Of a stretch of 30,097 bases of DNA, positions 27,082 through 30,097 are shown piece after piece; positions within the stretch are counted from its first letter, which is position 1; each line of letters starts with the position of its first letter. Position numbers and translations under genes: made by a program. This DNA is from an uncultured Eubacteriales bacterium. GTDB lineage: Bacteria; Bacillota; Clostridia; Lachnospirales; CAG-274. The DNA lies in the NCBI GenBank assembly GCA_902495025.1, contig CABUWB010000001.1, positions 1 through 30,097 on the forward strand. The letters are read 5' to 3'. A model generated the notes under the pieces. It worked only from the letters and a program-made list of their open reading frames with translations, made no database searches and had not been told where the DNA came from.

Positions 27082-27518
27082 TAAGGGATAAAAATATTTT
27101 TAAAGTGTTACTGCCGCTGTTTACTGCGGCAGTAATTGCTTTTATATGGATTCACTCGGCTATGCCCGGGGATACTTCGGCTGTGGAAAGCGGCTTTATA
27201 ACCGAATTTTTAAACAGCATATTCGGTGAGAACACCGTAAATGAACACCTTGTAAGAAAAACCGCACACTTTACAGAATATATGCTCCTTGGCATACTTT
27301 GCTGTATGGACTTTGCCGTTTTTGGCAGAGCCGGCATGAGGTATGTGCTTTTTCCGCTTTATATATGCCTTGCAGTTTCTGTTATAGATGAAAGTATCCA
27401 GCTTTTTACCGTCGGCAGGAGCGGTATGCTTTTTGATGTATGGCTTGACCATGCGGGCAGTATAACGGGTGCGGTTTGTTCTAAAATCATAGGTTACATT
27501 ATAAATCGGGAGGCGTAA
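27078..27518 (+). CDS. VanZ family membrane protein
   Basis: VRKTAHFTEY..LG, DESIQLFT.GRSG..DVWLD..G; ATGA overlap with the SLH gene. Confidence 0.9.
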   Translation: MIRDKNIFKVLLPLFTAAVIAFIWIHSAMPGDTSAVESGFITEFLNSIFGENTVNEHLVRKTAHFTEYMLLGILCCMDFAVFGRAGMRYVLFPLYICLAVSVIDESIQLFTVGRSGMLFDVWLDHAGSITGAVCSKIIGYIINREA

Positions 27519-27519
27519 T

Positions 27520-28218
27520 ATGTTAGGCACAATAGTAAATGCGGCGGCAATTATTATAGGCGGTATTCTCGGTCTTATCATAAAGGGCAGGTTTACACAG
27601 CGTTTTCAGGAGATAGTAACACAGGCTACGGGTCTTGCGGTAATATTTATAGGCGCAAGCGGAGCAATAAAGCAGCTTACAGACCCAAACTGCCACTCTG
27701 TTCTGTTTGTTATAAGCCTTGTTGTGGGCGGTCTTATAGGTGAGGCGCTTGATATTGAGGGCAGACTGAAAAAATTTGGCGACAGGCTGGAGGCATTGTG
27801 CGGCGCAAACGGCGGCATATCCAAAAGCTTTGTTTCGGCAAGCCTTTTATTCTGTGTAGGTTCAATGGCTATTTTAGGCTCCATACAGAGCGGCTTGCAG
27901 CACGATTATTCAACCCTGTTTACCAAAAGCATTCTGGACGGTGTTACGGCAATTATATTTGCGTCAACACTGGGCTTTGGCGTGCTGTTTTCGGCGGTGT
28001 CGGTGCTTGTGTATCAGGGCTCAATCACGCTTGCCGCAGGTCTTATTGCGCCCTATATCAGCAGTGATATTTTAAGGGAAATGTCACTTGTGGGCGGCAT
28101 ACTTATTGCTGCGCTCGGTATAGATATGCTCGGTATCAGAAAAATGAGAACGGGCAATCTGCTGCCTGCTGTTTTCGTACCTGTTGTGTACTATGGTGTT
28201 ATGTACTTTGTGAGGTAA
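27520..28218 (+). CDS. DUF554 family membrane protein
   Basis: MLGTIVN, SLLFCVGSMAILGS, KSILDG, YQG, NLLPA. Confidence 0.9.
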   Translation: MLGTIVNAAAIIIGGILGLIIKGRFTQRFQEIVTQATGLAVIFIGASGAIKQLTDPNCHSVLFVISLVVGGLIGEALDIEGRLKKFGDRLEALCGANGGISKSFVSASLLFCVGSMAILGSIQSGLQHDYSTLFTKSILDGVTAIIFASTLGFGVLFSAVSVLVYQGSITLAAGLIAPYISSDILREMSLVGGILIAALGIDMLGIRKMRTGNLLPAVFVPVVYYGVMYFVR

Positions 28219-28220
28219 TT

Positions 28221-29123
28221 ATGAGGCTTTTAAAAATCAATGAGGATAACGGTGCGCAAAGACTTGATAAATTTTTGCTGCGGTATATGAATAAAGCCCC
28301 CAAATCCTTTATTTATAAAATGCTGCGTAAAAAAAATATAAAGCTGAATGGCGTTAAGGCGCAGGGTAACGAGGTTTTAAGGGCAGGCGACGAGGTGGCG
28401 CTCTATCTGTCCGATGAAACAATCGACAGCTTTTTTGAGGTGGGAGATGTTAAAGCCTTTGATGATATTCCGCCCATTATTTATGAGGACGAAAATATTA
28501 TTATTGCGGATAAGCCTGTAGGTCTGCTGTCGCAGGCTGAAAAGAAAGGTGATAAGAACCTCAATGATATTCTGCTCTATTATCTTTCACAAAAAGGCGA
28601 GTATGACAGCAGCGCACAGGGTACATTTAAACCCGGTATCGTAAGTAGGCTGGACAGAAATACGGGCGGCATTACCATTATGGGTAAAAATCTTGCCGCA
28701 CAGCAGCAGCTAAGCAAAGCCTTTAAGGCGCATACCGTCAAAAAGATATATCTTGCCGTTGCCGAGGGTGAAATAAAAACGGCAGGCAGGGTTGATACAA
28801 GGCAGAAAAAGGGTGCGGATAATAAGGTTACGCTTGGCAGTGAGGGTGACAGGGCAATAACAATATATGAGCCTGTTAAGTATGAAAACGGCTATACGCT
28901 TGTAAGGGTAACGCTTGTTACGGGCAGAACACACCAGATAAGGGCGGCGCTTGCCTCGATAGGTCATCCGCTTGCAGGTGATGTAAAGTACGGCGGCAAA
29001 AGGACAAAGCGGTTTAAGCATCAGGCGCTTTATGCGTACAGTCTTAGCTTTGAATTTAAGGACGGCGTGCTTGCCTACCTTGACGGCAGGACGTTTACGG
29101 GAAATAATGAATTGCGTTTATAG
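28221..29123 (+). CDS. RluA-family pseudouridine synthase with S4 domain (RluC/RluD-like)
   Basis: QRLDKFL, DKPVGL, RLDRNT, K.YLA, TGRTHQIRA, GHPLAGD.KYG. Confidence 0.93.
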   Translation: MRLLKINEDNGAQRLDKFLLRYMNKAPKSFIYKMLRKKNIKLNGVKAQGNEVLRAGDEVALYLSDETIDSFFEVGDVKAFDDIPPIIYEDENIIIADKPVGLLSQAEKKGDKNLNDILLYYLSQKGEYDSSAQGTFKPGIVSRLDRNTGGITIMGKNLAAQQQLSKAFKAHTVKKIYLAVAEGEIKTAGRVDTRQKKGADNKVTLGSEGDRAITIYEPVKYENGYTLVRVTLVTGRTHQIRAALASIGHPLAGDVKYGGKRTKRFKHQALYAYSLSFEFKDGVLAYLDGRTFTGNNELRL

Positions 29124-29132
29124 AATAAAAAT

Positions 29133-29161
29133 AAAAACGGCGCTTAAATGTGCCGTTTTTT
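29133..29161. terminator. Bidirectional intrinsic terminator
   Basis: AAAAACGGCGC-TTAAAT-GTGCCGTTTTT between convergent genes. Confidence 0.8.
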
Positions 29162-29173
29162 GTATTTGATAAA

Positions 29174-29671
29174 TTATATAAAAAGCCTTCTGCATGACAG
29201 GGCGGTAAGACCGTAGCCGACAAGAAGATTGAGTATAAAGCCGCCTATAATTTCCGAGTCAGTAATAATGCTTGGCAGCATCATAACAATTTCACCTGCG
29301 GAAACAACATAGCCTGCGTCGGTAAGGAGCTTATAAACCGATATACCGTAATCGGCACAGTTAGTGCAAAAAATCATAATTATGGTAACAATGGCACATA
29401 TAATCATACCGCCCTTTTCAAGACCACCGCCAAATTTGCGGTAAAGAAACATAGCGCCCATCATAATTGCAAAGCCTGCTATGCCTGCAATAAAGCCTAC
29501 CCTGCCAAGTATAAGCCAAAGTACACAGCCGGGCAGTGAGCCTATTACCGCACCTACAAAGCCTAAAACAGGGTTTGACATTTCCTCGTCAAAGGGCTGT
29601 GTTGTAGTGTACTGTGGTGTACCGCTTATTAGCTCGTCCTGTTCCTGCTGAAAGTTGTTTTCTTCATTCAT
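29174..29671 (-). CDS. Hypothetical membrane protein
   Basis: Acidic N-terminus, about 4 TM helices, RBS GAGGGGG. Confidence 0.75.
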   Translation of the reverse strand: MNEENNFQQEQDELISGTPQYTTTQPFDEEMSNPVLGFVGAVIGSLPGCVLWLILGRVGFIAGIAGFAIMMGAMFLYRKFGGGLEKGGMIICAIVTIIMIFCTNCADYGISVYKLLTDAGYVVSAGEIVMMLPSIITDSEIIGGFILNLLVGYGLTALSCRRLFI

Positions 29672-29762
29672 TTTGTGATTTCCCCCTCATAATTTTATTT
29701 ACTTCACCATAATAATAACATATTTTGTATAAATATGCAATATTTTCAGAAATATATAGGTG

Positions 29763-29791
29763 TTGCTTTTTGCGGATAATGCTGATATACT
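29763..29791 (+). promoter_or_regulatory. Sigma-A promoter of the AEC transporter
   Basis: TTGCTT-17bp-TATACT with TGn extension. Confidence 0.6.
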
Positions 29792-29816
29792 TAAAAAATG
29801 TGAAAGGAGTTTATAT

Positions 29817-30097
29817 ATGGATACTTTAATTTTTGCGGCAAATTCGGTTTTGCCCATTATTCTTGTTATTGTACTGGGTTATCAGCTTAAAAAGATTGGC
29901 TTTTACGATGATGAATTTCTGAAAAAGGCAAATAAGCTTGTTTTTAATGTCGGTATACCGTCATATCTGTTTTTTAATGTGTATAATATCGACAGCTTTT
30001 CCTCTGTCAACTGGGGCATTGTGCTTTACTGCGTTATTATGATACTTGCAATTTACTTTGCAAGTATGCTGTGTACCTTTGCTTTTACCAAGGCCAC
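29817..30097 (+). CDS. AEC (auxin efflux carrier) family transporter, 5' part (runs off the window)
   Basis: Own translation MDTLIFAANSVLPIILVIVLGYQLKKIG...ANKLVFNVGIPSYLF; RBS AAAGGAG. Confidence 0.85.
   Translation, partial: MDTLIFAANSVLPIILVIVLGYQLKKIGFYDDEFLKKANKLVFNVGIPSYLFFNVYNIDSFSSVNWGIVLYCVIMILAIYFASMLCTFAFTKA

Noticed and set aside
27078..27518. VanZ as evidence of a glycopeptide resistance cluster
   Set aside because: No vanHAX/RS genes; VanZ-like genes are common beside surface-polysaccharide loci.
1..30097. CRISPR array, tRNA, rRNA or intact integrase/transposase
   Set aside because: No regularly spaced repeats, RNA-gene signatures or full-length recombinase ORF seen.

Overview
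Chromosomal window from a low-GC Firmicute, probably a gut Clostridia member (inferred from gene content, RBS style and codon usage). It is dominated by a dispersed cell-surface glycan locus in five parts. (1) 1-3.7 kb: AT-rich tail of a Wzx/Wzy polysaccharide cluster (wzy-like 3' end, wzx with an internal TAA, a GSSKGG alpha/beta-hydrolase, a GT2). (2) 4.6-11.7 kb: an AraC regulator divergent from a GDP-L-fucose operon (gmd-fcl-manC-manA) extended by an orphan rmlC-like epimerase and an unusual GT-B glycosyltransferase. (3) 11.8-18.3 kb: accessory genes (NTP_transf_5-type nucleotidyltransferase, MarR plus YczE-type membrane protein, SWIM protein, AAA/DUF4143 ATPase), then a scar of four gene fragments (polysaccharide deacetylase, IS256 transposase, ABC ATPase, histidine kinase). 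(4) 18.4-21.4 kb: a ureohydrolase and an orphan ABC lipoprotein behind an attenuator-like leader, and a gluconate 5-dehydrogenase-like SDR. (5) 21.6-29.1 kb: CpsC/CpsD/CpsB tyrosine-kinase module followed by an unknown membrane-anchored protein, a secreted dockerin-like protein, an SLH protein with a Thr-rich linker, VanZ, DUF554 and RluA. Part 5 is the best candidate for an undescribed surface-assembly or glycosylation system. No rRNA, tRNA or CRISPR array was seen. All family calls come from recognising motifs by eye; no database searches were run.
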